A DNA stretch of 64,000 bases from Thecamonas trahens ATCC 50062 (GCF_000142905.1 NW_013657653.1:124001-188000), one strand, 5' to 3'. Counted from the stretch's first letter, positions 22,679 to 33,313 are shown. The notes: generated by a model not told the origin, from the sequence alone. A program made the numbers and translations.

Positions 22679-23861
22679 ATGTCCACAAGCCTCGCTGGAC
22701 AGTTGCCGAGCCTCCTCGCTGAGGTAAGCGGGATGAGCGCGCCACGCGAGGTGCTCCACGGCCTCATCACCTCGGTGGTGTCGGGCACGCACCTGGTGGT
22801 CGACGCACCGCATGCTGACTCGCCTGCCCTCACCGCCCTCCGCAACGTACGCCCCCCCTTCCCGGCCCCCCTCCCCCCCCCCCCCCCCCGCCCCCCGCGC
22901 CCCCATCTCAACCTTCTGAACGCACTCACTCACTCACTTGCTTCTTTCCTGTTTGCAGCTTGTCCGCACGCTCGTCCCGACCCCACTGGGCGCACTGGCA
23001 ACAACGACGCTGTCGCAGGCAACAACGCCTGCATCGCTGCTCGACTCGCTGCTGGTGAGCCATGGGAAGGATGCTGGCGAGGTGCCGCCGGATGTGGCTG
23101 CGCCGGCCTCTCTGCCGGTTGTTACGTCAGGCTTGCAGCTGCCGGCATCGTCGTCGCCTGGGACAGGCGGCAAGGCATCAGCGCTGTCGTCGGCGCCGAC
23201 CTCACCGGCTGGCGGCTATTTCCCGCCGCTGATGGCTACCGATGAGCTGCGTCGCGTGGCGCCGGTGTGGATGGTGGTTGGGCTGGACATGACCCATAAG
23301 TCTGTCCAGCGTGCCCTTCTCAAGACGCTCTCGTACGGCCGCTTCTCGCTCGGCGGCACGGTGTACACCCTCCCGGCCAACTTTGTCATGGTGGCAGTCT
23401 GCACCGGCGCTGATGCCGGGCACGTCACCTCGCCGTTGCGCGACTACTTTCTCACCCGGGTCTCGCTCGGTGCCTCGGCCCGCATCGAGTGCCCGTACCC
23501 GTCGGCCAAGGCTCGCTCCTTCCCATACACTGCCGGTGACCTGGTCGAGATGCGGATGGAGCTGGCCCGGGTCTACCTCCATCCAGATGTCCTCGCCTAC
23601 ATGAAGGCGCTTGTCTACGCCCTCCGCCAGGACCCGTGCGTGGCCGAGGGCATCACTGCCCGCGCCGTACCTGCCCTCTCCATGGCCGCCCGCGTCTCTG
23701 CCCTCCTCAAGGATCGCCTCTTTGTTACCCCTGCCGACATCCAGATCGTCATCGGCCCCGTCCTTGCCCACAGGATCAGCCTCACCTCGTGGTCCTCTTC
23801 CGATGCCACCGTCCTTGACCTCCTCGAGGACCATGTCTCTGCCATCGACCCTCCTGTCTAA
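22679..23861 (+). CDS. Degenerate MoxR/Mg-chelatase-type AAA+ protein (fungal Mtc2-like); exons 22679-22846 and 22959-23861
   Basis: VQRALLKTL..GTVYTLPANF..SPLRDYFL and AAA-lid VYLHPDVLAYM..GITARA..FVTPADIQ..VLAHRI, ending PPV. Phase-0 GT-AG intron joins the exons in frame. Confidence 0.8.
22847..22958 (+). other. Spliceosomal intron (112 nt)
   Basis: GTACGC donor, poly-C interior, repeated CTCAC branch-like motif, polypyrimidine tract, TTTGCAG acceptor; removal keeps frame. Confidence 0.85.
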
Positions 23862-24168
23862 CCCGCCACCTGCCGCCACCATAACCATCGACACCGTCGA
23901 CACTGTCGAATTCATCGACACCATCGTCACCATTACCGTCATCATCATCGTCACCATCACCATCATCACCATTGACATCACCCCCACCCCACCCTTCACC
24001 CCCCGGTCCATCCCCCCGTGCCACCCGCAAATCCACATTCGCCAATGTCGGCAAACGTGCCACGGGCCCTGCGTCCTTCCCCACCGTCCTCTCCCCTCCA
24101 CACTCGATACCACACGTTGCCTTGGACAAGACACCCCTCTCATATAGACCCCTACCCCGTACGAGTGT

Positions 24169-25976
24169 ATGGAAGAGACGGCACCCTCGAGCGAGACCGC
24201 GAGGGCGGTGGCAGTGGTCACGCCGCTCCCCCGGCAGGAGATGCTCGTCCTGTCGTGCATCCTGCTCTCCGAGGCCATGGGCATCACCATGCTGTTCCCC
24301 TTTCTGGCGAGGATGGTTATGTCGTTTGGCGTGGCCGAGTCGGATGCGCAGGTTGCCTTTTACGCAGGCGTCATTGCTGCTTCTTTCAACTTTTCCCAGT
24401 TCATCTCAGCCTTCTTCTGGGGTAGGGCCTCGGACGCCCGTGGACGCAGAGCCGTCATCCTCTTCGGCCTTGCCGGCAACGTGATCACCGTCATCCTCTT
24501 TGGCCTCTCGCGATCGTTCTGGTGGGCGGTTGCTGCGCGCGTTCTCTCCGGTCTCTCGAATGGCAACGTTGGTGTTGCCAAGTCGTATCTGGCCGAGATC
24601 TCCGATGAGACAAACGCGCCCAAGGCCTACGCCCGCATGGGCCTCGTCTGGGGCATGGGCATGGTGCTAGGCCCGGCTGTCGGCGGCTCGCTCGCCAACA
24701 TTGACCGCACCTTTCCGGCCCTTGCCGGCCGCGGATCGCCATTCTCTTACTACCCGTATCTTCTTCCATGCCTCGTCGCCGCCCTCGTCAACGTCGTCGG
24801 CTTCATCGTCGGCTACAAGTACCTGCTCTCGCGCGAGGAGCTGGCGGCGCGAACTCGCGCCAACAAGGCCCGCCTTGCCACCCTCTCGCAGCAGGCCGCC
24901 GTTGAGGCGAGTTCAGAAAGCGACGATCCAGTGCTGCTGCAGATGCTGGCGCCGTCGACGCCGGACTCGGGCAGCTTTTCTGACAACGCGCGCTGCAGCT
25001 CAGATGGCCTTGTGGAGCAGCAGGAGGAGCATGGAGCACTGACAGAGCTTCACAGTGTTTCAGCGAGGCTCGACAGCGTTGCTGTCCTCGAGCTGGGGCT
25101 TTAGACGAAGGGCTTCTCGCCGAGCAGAGAACTGCAGCCCTTGTCGACGAGGAGGATCTCGCTCGCGCGCTCTCGTCGTGGGAGATGGCACGGACTCTGT
25201 TGCGCAACAAGAACCTTATCCTTACCACGGCTGTGTACTCGCTGCTGGCGTTTTCAACTATTGTCTTTGACGAGACATTCTCGGTCTGGGCAGTGTTTGA
25301 TCCCAAGTCGGCCAACGGCGCCGGCTTCCGCGCGTCGCAGCTGCAGCTCGCCGCCATCCTCATGGTCTCCGGATGCATGCTTGTAGCGGTGCAGAGCAAG
25401 ATCTTTCCGACCGTAGCGCCGCGAACTGGTGTTCTTGTCATCATCCAAGTCTGCCTCTTTGCCTCAGCGCCGCTCATTTTGGTCTTTCCGGCCATTGTTC
25501 CGCTCCGTGCCTCTGTGCCGTGGCTGTTCTGGACGCTGCTGTTTGCCACAGCGATTGTGCGTGTAGCGACGATCTCATGCGCGTTCACCTCAATCATCTC
25601 GATGGTCAACAATGCCGTGGAGATGCACGAGCTCGGCGCCGCTAACGGGATGGCGCAGGCGAGCGCTGCGCTGGCCCGAGCGTTTGGGCCGTTCATCGGC
25701 GGGGCGTTGCTGGCGTGGTCCATGTCACGCCCGCACCCGTGGCCGGTCAACCACCACTTTGTGTTTGTCGTCGGCGCCACGTGCTCGGTCTTTGCCGGCG
25801 TCCTCACGCTCTTTATTGCACCGTCGATCAACTCGCGCCGCGGAGCGCTGCAGCCTACTCAGCACGTAGGCCCCGCGGCGCTCGGCAAGCGACTCTGGCG
25901 GCGGGTCCGGGCGTACGGCCCCAAGTATACGCGGCTGGAACATGGCGACGGCCTTGGCGGCGGCCCGCTTGGCTAG
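24169..25976 (+). CDS. MFS transporter (ZIFL/TetA-like, 12 TM); frameshift at ~25098
   Basis: Motif A WGRASDARGRRAV, ARVLSGLSNGNVGVAKSYLAEI, GPAVGG in the first half; GAANG..ARAFGP in the second. One G added to GGGG links the two ORFs. Confidence 0.92.
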
Positions 25977-27301
25977 TAGGCCAGTGCCGCAATGTCGCTC
26001 TTATCGAGCGCGATCTTGGATCCCCAGATGTCGGTGACAAAGGCGTCGAGGTCAACATCGTACTTGCTTGCATCGACTTTGCCGGACGACGAGCTCGAGT
26101 CGCCCGACTCGCTGCCGCTGCTATCGCTGCTGCCGGTCGCGTCGCCCGACTGCCGGCGGCGCTTCTTGCGGACCCTTGTCTTGCACCGCTTGACTTTGCG
26201 GCCGTCGACGGCTGCGTCGGCCGGGCCCTCGATTTCGGGAATGACCCAGGTGGCTTCGTCGCGGAGTGCGTTGTAAAAGTAGTGCCGCTTGTACTCGCGG
26301 TCGTAGTGGGCGGTCCATCCGGGCGGGAGATCAAAGTCATCCGTGCCGTGGGTCGAAGCGCGGCCATCGGCGGCGTGACCCTTGGCCTTGGCCTTCGCCT
26401 TCGTCTTGGCCTTCGTCTTGGCTTTAGCAGCCTCCCGCGATGATGCCGGCAGGCTCGAGTCACCTGGTGCGTCGGCGGCCAGTGCGGCAGACGGAAGCGC
26501 AAGAGCGTCGGTGCCCATGACCCGGTTGACGTCGCGGGCGACTTCGGCGTAGCGCATGGCGGCCGACGACTCGTCGTCGTACGCGGCTGGTCCCTCGCCG
26601 CCGTCCCACTCGACAAGCTCGGTAAGAGCAGCCTCAGAGGCGAGCGCAGGCGAGCGGGCGACAACGTGCAGTGGCTCGGGCTGCGATGCGTGCTTGTCGG
26701 CAAAGGCATCGACGGAGGCGTCGGGTGCAACAGCGGCGAGATGCTCGTTCATCAGCTTCCACACCTTGGCCGGTGTCGAGTAGTGCTCGTGCATAAGGCG
26801 GAGCATGGCGGCGATGCGGGCGAGGCAGTCGTGATACACAACCTGTGCGCCCGAGAGATACGCCGAGAGCGGGGCGGCGAGGATGGCCTCGTCAGCGCCT
26901 GCGCGAACCGAGCGGGCGGCACGAATAAGACGCATTTTTCGAGCATACAGGCGATGCTCCTGATCGTCGGCCGCCATGCGCAGCATGTCAAAGGTGGTGG
27001 CGAGCCGGTCCCACAGATCGGTGACCTGGCTGGCGCCGAGCTCCATGGCCCGCTCAAAGACAGACCAGGCATTGGCCACGCGGGAGAGATGCAGCTCGTC
27101 GGGTACAGGCACACCCTTGAGAGATGCCAGGCCGGTAGCATATGCTGCCTCTGTCTCCATCAGCACGCAAGCGTAGTCCAGGACCGCAGCATGGAAGGCA
27201 AGGAGCGAGTCTGTCCGCTGAGTCACCAGAGCCACGCCGGCGGCCGAGCCAAAGGCCGCAGGGAACTGCACAGGGCGGCTTTCGGAGGAGGTACGAGGCA
27301 T
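25973..27301 (-). CDS. WW-domain protein with an N-terminal F-BAR/FCH-like helical region
   Basis: WW domain LPPGWTAHYDREYKRHYFYNALRDEATWVIP. N-terminal ...ETEAAYATGL...VANAWSVF...LWDRL resembles FCH. ATG at 27301 follows a poly-C leader. Confidence 0.75.
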   Translation of the reverse strand: MPRTSSESRPVQFPAAFGSAAGVALVTQRTDSLLAFHAAVLDYACVLMETEAAYATGLASLKGVPVPDELHLSRVANAWSVFERAMELGASQVTDLWDRLATTFDMLRMAADDQEHRLYARKMRLIRAARSVRAGADEAILAAPLSAYLSGAQVVYHDCLARIAAMLRLMHEHYSTPAKVWKLMNEHLAAVAPDASVDAFADKHASQPEPLHVVARSPALASEAALTELVEWDGGEGPAAYDDESSAAMRYAEVARDVNRVMGTDALALPSAALAADAPGDSSLPASSREAAKAKTKAKTKAKAKAKGHAADGRASTHGTDDFDLPPGWTAHYDREYKRHYFYNALRDEATWVIPEIEGPADAAVDGRKVKRCKTRVRKKRRRQSGDATGSSDSSGSESGDSSSSSGKVDASKYDVDLDAFVTDIWGSKIALDKSDIAALAY

Positions 27302-27813
27302 GCTGCCGCCACGGGGTGCAGGTGAGGGAGAGGTGGGGTGGGGGGGGGGGGGGGGGGGGGTGGGGAGCGAGGGAGGGGGATGGAGGGGGGAGGGGAGGTT
27401 TGTCCCGGGGTGTGGCCGAGGCAGGGGGGGGGGGCCTTGGCCGGTGCTGGTGCCTGGCCTGCATGCCACCTTCAGCGACAGAAGAAGGGAGGCTGGTGGG
27501 ATTGATTTGGGACTATGAGGGAAGTAGCGCGATGTTCTAGATCTGCAAAGGCAGGCAATATCCCCCTTCCTTGTCTTGTGTACTACTATATAGCTCATCC
27601 CCATCTGTGCTCCCCATCTTCCCCTCCCCCCCTCCCCCCCCTCTCCCCCCGTGTCGGCTCGGGCGCCTGCGTGGTGTGAGCCAACGACGACAGGAGGGAG
27701 TGGAGCGAGAGCGAGAGGGAAAGCGGCCACCACTTTACCCCCCACCCCGTATCCCCGCACCATACCACCACCACCACCCACCACCCACGCTCTCCAAGGG
27801 TGATTTGAAGTCC

Positions 27814-29454
27814 ATGGCTGACTCGGGGACGGACGAGGCGCTCCAGCTACAGCTGGTTGCGCTCCGCCGCAAGCTGGCATCACAGGCTCGGTCGCGCGAG
27901 GCCAAGGCTGCACTGGCTCGGGCGTTGGCTCCGCGGCGCGGACGGGGACGGCGGAGTGCAGGTGGTGTGGCGGATGCCAGAGTAGAGGCGCCCGAGGCAG
28001 CTGGGGCAAGACGGAGGCGGGCGTTGCTGGAGGCCAAGGCGCGCGGCCGGGAGCGCGTGGACGTCAACAGGGTGGTGCGGAGGCTGGCTGGGCGAGAGTG
28101 GGCAGATGTGGCCGGGACGTCCAAGCCCAAGTCGAGGACGGCGCGGAAGCGAGTAACCGATGGCAGTGCGGCCAAGAGCGATGGCGGCGATGAGCGCACG
28201 ACGCCCGAGTGGCTGGTGGCGCATCGACGGAAGCGCGGGCGGAGGCGAATGACGCAGAGCGAGATGGAGACCAAGATCATGGAGGCGCTCCGGGTGGGCG
28301 AGTCGCGGGCGTCGCTGTCAGAGGACCCACGGAGCCGCGGAGAGCTGGAGCTTGTGTGCAAGTGCATGCGGCGGCTGAAGACGTTTGAGGGCGAAAAGGA
28401 CACGTTCTACCTGATGATGCTTGCGGCGGTGATTACAGCGCGGGCGTACCCAGGGCATCGGTCTGTGTTTCGGCAGGGTGATCCGGGCGTGCACTGGTAT
28501 ATCATCTTCAAGGGCTCTGTGGACGTGCTCATTCTGGACCAGGCGACGGGCGAGGAGCGAGTGGTGGCCAACATCAAGGCCGGCGACCATTTTGGCGACA
28601 TTGCGCTACGCGAGACGACAGTGCGGGCGGCGTCGATTGTGACGTGCGAGCCGTGCATTCTGCTGAGGGTGCACAAGGATGACTACGACGCGATTGTCTC
28701 GCGCGACCATACCCGCAAGCAAGCCATGCTTGTCGAGTTTCTCAAGCGGTTCCGGATGTTCGACTCGTTGGCACCCAAGCGGTTGCGGCAGCTGGCAGAC
28801 ATCGTCCAGCCCAAGGCGTATGCCGTTGGCGAGGTCATCATCGACGAGGGCGACGACATCAACTTTGTCAACTTTATCCGCCACGGGCGAGTCCGGGTCC
28901 TCAAGCGAGTCACCGTGCCGCACGACCAAGCGTCTGGTTCCGAAGGCGGCGACGAGGCCGAGAACGGGGGACGGGGCAGCGAGGACAAGCTTGACACGTC
29001 TGCGGGCTCGGTGACGCGTGCGCTGGACCCCGAGGTCGACATCGACGAGCTGATGGAGGAGCTTGCGCATGAGCCGGCGCCAGACCCCGCGTTTGTCTCG
29101 CGGTTCATGGAGCTCCAGCCGCCGCTCTCGCCGCTGGGTGCATACGAGTACTTTCCCAACTATGTCGGCGGCTACCGCGAGGTGTCGCCGGCGCGGTTTG
29201 TGGCGGTGGATCCTGTGGAGATCCTGCAGCTCTCGTGCGTGTCGTTCAAAACAATGATGACGGATCACGCCAAGTCTGTGCTCCAGCAGACGGCCGAGGA
29301 GCGGGCGACACCGTCCGAGTCCGAGCTCCGCCACCAATACGACGAGCAACTGCGGAAGCAAGCGTGGGAGCGGGCCAAGATCAAGCTGCTCGCCGACGTT
29401 GTAACTGTACCGCCGACGTCGGCGCCAGACGCCGGCGCACCGTCGCCGTTCTGA
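27814..29454 (+). CDS. Cyclic-nucleotide-binding domain protein (two CNB domains)
   Basis: VFRQGDPGVHWYIIFKGSVDV...GDHFGDIAL...RAASIV. Second, degenerate CNB GEVIIDEGD..FIRHGRVRV with an acidic insertion. Confidence 0.9.
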   Translation: MADSGTDEALQLQLVALRRKLASQARSREAKAALARALAPRRGRGRRSAGGVADARVEAPEAAGARRRRALLEAKARGRERVDVNRVVRRLAGREWADVAGTSKPKSRTARKRVTDGSAAKSDGGDERTTPEWLVAHRRKRGRRRMTQSEMETKIMEALRVGESRASLSEDPRSRGELELVCKCMRRLKTFEGEKDTFYLMMLAAVITARAYPGHRSVFRQGDPGVHWYIIFKGSVDVLILDQATGEERVVANIKAGDHFGDIALRETTVRAASIVTCEPCILLRVHKDDYDAIVSRDHTRKQAMLVEFLKRFRMFDSLAPKRLRQLADIVQPKAYAVGEVIIDEGDDINFVNFIRHGRVRVLKRVTVPHDQASGSEGGDEAENGGRGSEDKLDTSAGSVTRALDPEVDIDELMEELAHEPAPDPAFVSRFMELQPPLSPLGAYEYFPNYVGGYREVSPARFVAVDPVEILQLSCVSFKTMMTDHAKSVLQQTAEERATPSESELRHQYDEQLRKQAWERAKIKLLADVVTVPPTSAPDAGAPSPF

Positions 29455-29470
29455 GGGCGGGCAGGCAGTC

Positions 29471-30433
29471 CTAGTGGCGTTTGTCGACAAAGGCGCGGAC
29501 GGCGTCGATGTCGACGCCCTCAAACTCGGCCGGCGAGGCGGCCCTGAGCTTGGCCACGTTGTTTGCGTGCAAGCCCTGGATGAAGGCGTCGCGCCAAATG
29601 CCATGCTGGCGGAAGAAGAGCAAGACCGAGAAGGTCTCGATGAGTGAAGGCACAACGGACTTGCCCTTGTCGGCGAGGCCCGGAAAGGTGCGCTCAAACG
29701 GCAGTCGGGCGGCGCGGACGAGCTCGTCGGGATGGGCGGCGGCATCCGAGTTGGCCTTGGCCACACCGCGCTGGCTGATGACGTACCAGGTCTCGGAGGC
29801 CATCGGGGTATCCGGCAGCTCGGCAGGCGCGTCTGCGGCGATGTAGGTGACAGCGGCAGGGACAACCAGGCCTTTTGTGACCGAGCGGTCGCCGCGGTGC
29901 GAGGCGGCGACGACGTCGACAGCCGTCGCCGCAAACACTCGCAGCGAGAGCTTGTCCAGCTCGTAGGCCGAGCGCAGGTGCGAGACGACTGGCGACGGCG
30001 GGACGCCGAGGTCAACAAGAGCCATGTCAAAGTACTCTGGCACCTTAAAGTTGAGCCCGTACGAGAGCATGATGTGGCCGGCGGCCTTCTTGACCTCGCC
30101 GGCCGACATGGGCACGCCCGGGCCGACGTCGATAGCCACCGCCACGCCGCCGCTCCGGTTCCACACCGACCGCTTGGCCGCCCGCTTCCGTGCCTTGCAC
30201 AGCTTCTTGTACTGCGTATACGTCATCTCGACCTTGCCCGCCCCCTCGGCGGAGCTCCCGCTGCTGCTGCCACTGCTCCGCGCCGCGGCCACCGCGCGTC
30301 GGCGGCGGCTTGTCTGCGCCTCGGCCACCGCCTGCCCACGCTCACTGACATGGCTCTCGGCGACGCTAGCAGCCTCTGCCCGTACCCCTCTCCGCTCTTG
30401 TGCTCCTGCCTCTGTCTCGGGCTTGGCTGACAT
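29471..30433 (-). CDS. Trm10-like SPOUT (tRNA m1G9 methyltransferase family), divergent
   Basis: VAIDV..MSAGEVKK...IMLSY..N, VTYIAADA, RAARLP, ETFSVLL...WRDAF follow the Trm10 block order. Confidence 0.72.
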   Translation of the reverse strand: MSAKPETEAGAQERRGVRAEAASVAESHVSERGQAVAEAQTSRRRRAVAAARSSGSSSGSSAEGAGKVEMTYTQYKKLCKARKRAAKRSVWNRSGGVAVAIDVGPGVPMSAGEVKKAAGHIMLSYGLNFKVPEYFDMALVDLGVPPSPVVSHLRSAYELDKLSLRVFAATAVDVVAASHRGDRSVTKGLVVPAAVTYIAADAPAELPDTPMASETWYVISQRGVAKANSDAAAHPDELVRAARLPFERTFPGLADKGKSVVPSLIETFSVLLFFRQHGIWRDAFIQGLHANNVAKLRAASPAEFEGVDIDAVRAFVDKRH

Positions 30434-30594
30434 GGGTAGGGGATAGACGAGGGGTGGGGTGGGGTTGGCTCTTCCAAGGGCAAGGGGAAAAGGTCGTGGT
30501 TTAAGGATTCTACCGCCGGTGCCCAATCCATTGGGTGGGCAGGCAGCTGGCGACTGGCTCGGCCAGCACCTCACCTGGCGGCTGGCGAGCAACG

Positions 30595-32045
30595 ATGCTG
30601 TCGGGTCTAGCCTTCCAGGAGCAGGATCTGGACTGCTTTGGAATTGGCTCTTTCGAGGAGACCTTTATTACAGAGGAAGATCTGGTATGTAATGGTGGTA
30701 GTGGCCGTGGTGGCTGTGGCAGCTGTGGCAGCTGTGGTGGCCGTGGTGATGGTGGTGGTGGGGTGGAGGGTGGGGGTTGAGGTTGGCGCGGATTCGGAGA
30801 GCACATTCAAACTTTTTGGAGGAGGTGGGGATGAAGGGGCGGGGGGGGGGCGGATAGCTCACGGGGTTAGGGAGGTGGGATGGGGTTCAGGAGCGGGCAC
30901 GACGGAAGCATGCAGAGAATACGGCGGCACCCACACTGGACGAGTTGGTGGCATCGCTGGGAAGGTTTGCGACGGCGGCAGGTGGTGGCGGCGATGGAGG
31001 GGTCGTGGTTCTTGTGCCTGCGCCAGTGGTCCTGTGCCTTGATGGCACGCCGATCGGGCTGGCTGGCGAAGTCCGGCTGGAAGCGGGAGAGAGGCTGGTG
31101 TGGGATGGCGTGCGGGTGGCTCGGGCAGACGTCGACGAGAGCGCCGAGGGAGAGGACGAAAACGCTCAGGCCGAGGCAAACAGCGAGGCCGCCGGCGCGC
31201 CGCCACCGTCATCCGACGGGTTGAGTAGGAGTCGTGGATCCAGCAAGGAAGCACAGCCGTTGGCGTTTTGCTTTCCGCTGGCCCAGGTCGGCGATGTGCG
31301 TGTGAAGGATGTGGAACAGGTGGACGCGTCGGCGTGGAGGGCGCTGCACGTGACGGTTGCCGGTGCGCAGCACGTCCAGTTTGTGGTCCCGTCATCGGGT
31401 CCGGGCGCGGTGGCGCGCTCGGTGCTTGACGCGGCGCAGACTACGGTGTTGGCAGCCCAGCCAGAGGTGGAGCCGGTGGCAGAGCCGCAGTCGCAGCAAG
31501 AGGCGACGTCGCCGCAAGCGACAGCGGGCCAGGCGTTTAGTCTCTCGATCACCACACTGTCGTCGGCGTCGGGCAAAGGCAGCAAGATCATCGAAAAGCA
31601 GAACGGGCTGCTTGCCAAATCACGCAAACTGCTCGGTGAGAAGCACGCGACGGCCGTGGCACGAGCCGAGGCCGTGCGCGATGCAGCGATCGCAGCGGCA
31701 CACGCGGCGTATGCGGCGGCGGTGGAGCGGGCAGAAGAGAGCACGGAGGCGCAGTGGGAGGCCGAGGTGGCCAAGGCAACCAAGCTTGTTCGGGTCTTTG
31801 CGCGCGACGCAGAGGTGAGTGTGACACAGCCGCCGGGTGCAGAGAGCGCCGAGCGCGCCGAGCGCGCCGAGGAGGAGGGGAGTGATGGACTGCCCGAGTG
31901 CGCCATCTGCTACACTAGTAGAGTCGACACGGTCTTGCTGCCGTGTCGACACGAGATGTGCGGCGAGTGCGTGGCACGGCTGCCGCAGCCGCTGACGTGC
32001 CCGTGGGATCGGGCGAGTGTAGTGGCGACCGAGCCGCGGACGTGA
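30595..32045 (+). CDS. C-terminal RING (C3HC4-type) E3 ligase; predicted exons 30595-30684 and 30891-32045
   Basis: CAICYTSRVDTVLLPCRHEMCGECV..CPWDR. The listed ORF has no ATG start; an upstream exon with GTATGT donor splices in frame to a TTCAG acceptor at 30890. Confidence 0.8.
30685..30890 (+). other. Predicted spliceosomal intron (206 nt)
   Basis: GTATGT donor, G-rich interior, GCTCAC branch-like motif at ~30857, TTCAG acceptor; phase 0 and frame-restoring. Confidence 0.65.
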
Positions 32046-32087
32046 GTGAGTGTAAATGAAACGATACAAATATGCAAAGGCGGCGGA

Positions 32088-33023
32088 CTACACTTCTCTG
32101 TGGCCTAGCAAAAGGAGCATGCCGTAGGCGGCCGGAAGAGCAAAGAGTAGGCCATCGATTTTGTCGAGCACGCCGCCATGGCCGGGAAAGATCGACGACG
32201 AGTCTTTGACGCCGACCGCGCGCTTGAGAAACGACTCAACGAGATCACCACACACCATGGCCAGTGTGGTGAGTACACCAAGCGGGAGATGGTGCAAAGC
32301 CGGGAGACGGAAGGCGCGCGGGTAAGCGTCCGGCCAGGTGGCGTCGGCGAGGAGGCCGAGGAGCAGCGGCGAGGCGAGCGAGAGGAGGCCACCTACGATG
32401 ACGCCCTCCCACGACTTTTTTGGCGAGAGCCGCGGAGCCAGCGGGTGCTTGGCCCAGGGCCAGGCGATGTTGCCGCCGACGAGGCCACCGTTGTCGACAT
32501 TCCACGCGGCAAAGAGGACGACGACGCCTGTGGTAGTGGCCGGGTCGGCGGCAGGCGCGCCGGGGACGCCAAGACGCGGCAGACGTGTGGCGACAGCCAG
32601 CGGCAGCGCCACATACACCAGGGCCAGGACGTGAACAAGTGCAGAGACGAGGATGTGCATGCGCGCGCGCGATCCGGTGCGGGGCGGAGCAGCCCAGGCA
32701 GAGGCGGCGCGAACGAGGACGACGGCGACGGCGAGAGCCACGGCAGCAGCGCCAGCAGCCATGTCGTAGGCCCACACAGCGACAACAACCAAGCTGGCAA
32801 GTCCCGCCGTAGGCCATGCGGCCAGGGCCTCCTCGGCAGCCCCGGTGCTCGCGGGCTCCGGCATCGGCAATACCCGGTGTGGGGCGAGGAGGGCAAGTAG
32901 CTCGAGAACAGCGCCTGCCACAGCGGCCGCCACCAGGACAACCACCCATGTAGGCGAGGCAAGAGCCAGGACCAGCGGTGGGAGGACGACGGCTGCCGTG
33001 GCCAGTCTCTGGGTGGCACCCAT
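32088..33023 (-). CDS. Phosphatidate cytidylyltransferase (CDP-DAG synthase), bacterial CdsA-like
   Basis: LAPRLSPKKSWEG and GDLVESFLKRAVGVKDSSSIFPGHGGVLDKIDGLLF; multiple TM helices. Confidence 0.95.
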   Translation of the reverse strand: MGATQRLATAAVVLPPLVLALASPTWVVVLVAAAVAGAVLELLALLAPHRVLPMPEPASTGAAEEALAAWPTAGLASLVVVAVWAYDMAAGAAAVALAVAVVLVRAASAWAAPPRTGSRARMHILVSALVHVLALVYVALPLAVATRLPRLGVPGAPAADPATTTGVVVLFAAWNVDNGGLVGGNIAWPWAKHPLAPRLSPKKSWEGVIVGGLLSLASPLLLGLLADATWPDAYPRAFRLPALHHLPLGVLTTLAMVCGDLVESFLKRAVGVKDSSSIFPGHGGVLDKIDGLLFALPAAYGMLLLLGHREV

Positions 33024-33139
33024 GATGGGGGGTGAGGGGCTAGTGGTTCTTGTCCGCGACGGGGGGGGGGGGGGGGGAGGGGGGGAGGAGGGGTCGAGAG
33101 GGGGGCACTCCGGGCAAATACACCCCAACTCAAACCTCC

Positions 33140-33162
33140 GACACACACACACACACACACAC
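33140..33162. repeat. (AC)n microsatellite in a divergent promoter
   Basis: AC dinucleotide run between the CdsA-like and transportin genes. Confidence 0.9.
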
Positions 33163-33313
33163 CTCGGACAGACCGCCAGCCACGCCACCCACCAACACCC
33201 CACCTCACCCAACAACACCCCACCCCTGCCCACACATATACACACCACCACCACCACTACAACACACCTGTTGCTCCCCTACACACCACACATACACACG
33301 GCCAGCCCTTGTC

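Noticed and set aside
23862-24000. (CAT/CAC)-rich repeat as a coding or CRISPR-like array
   Set aside because: Degenerate trinucleotide low-complexity intergenic sequence with no repeat-spacer structure.
27302-28009. N-terminal 236 aa of the listed 678-aa ORF
   Set aside because: Runs through poly-C promoter sequence and antisense to the cNMP gene. The real start is more plausibly ATG 27301.
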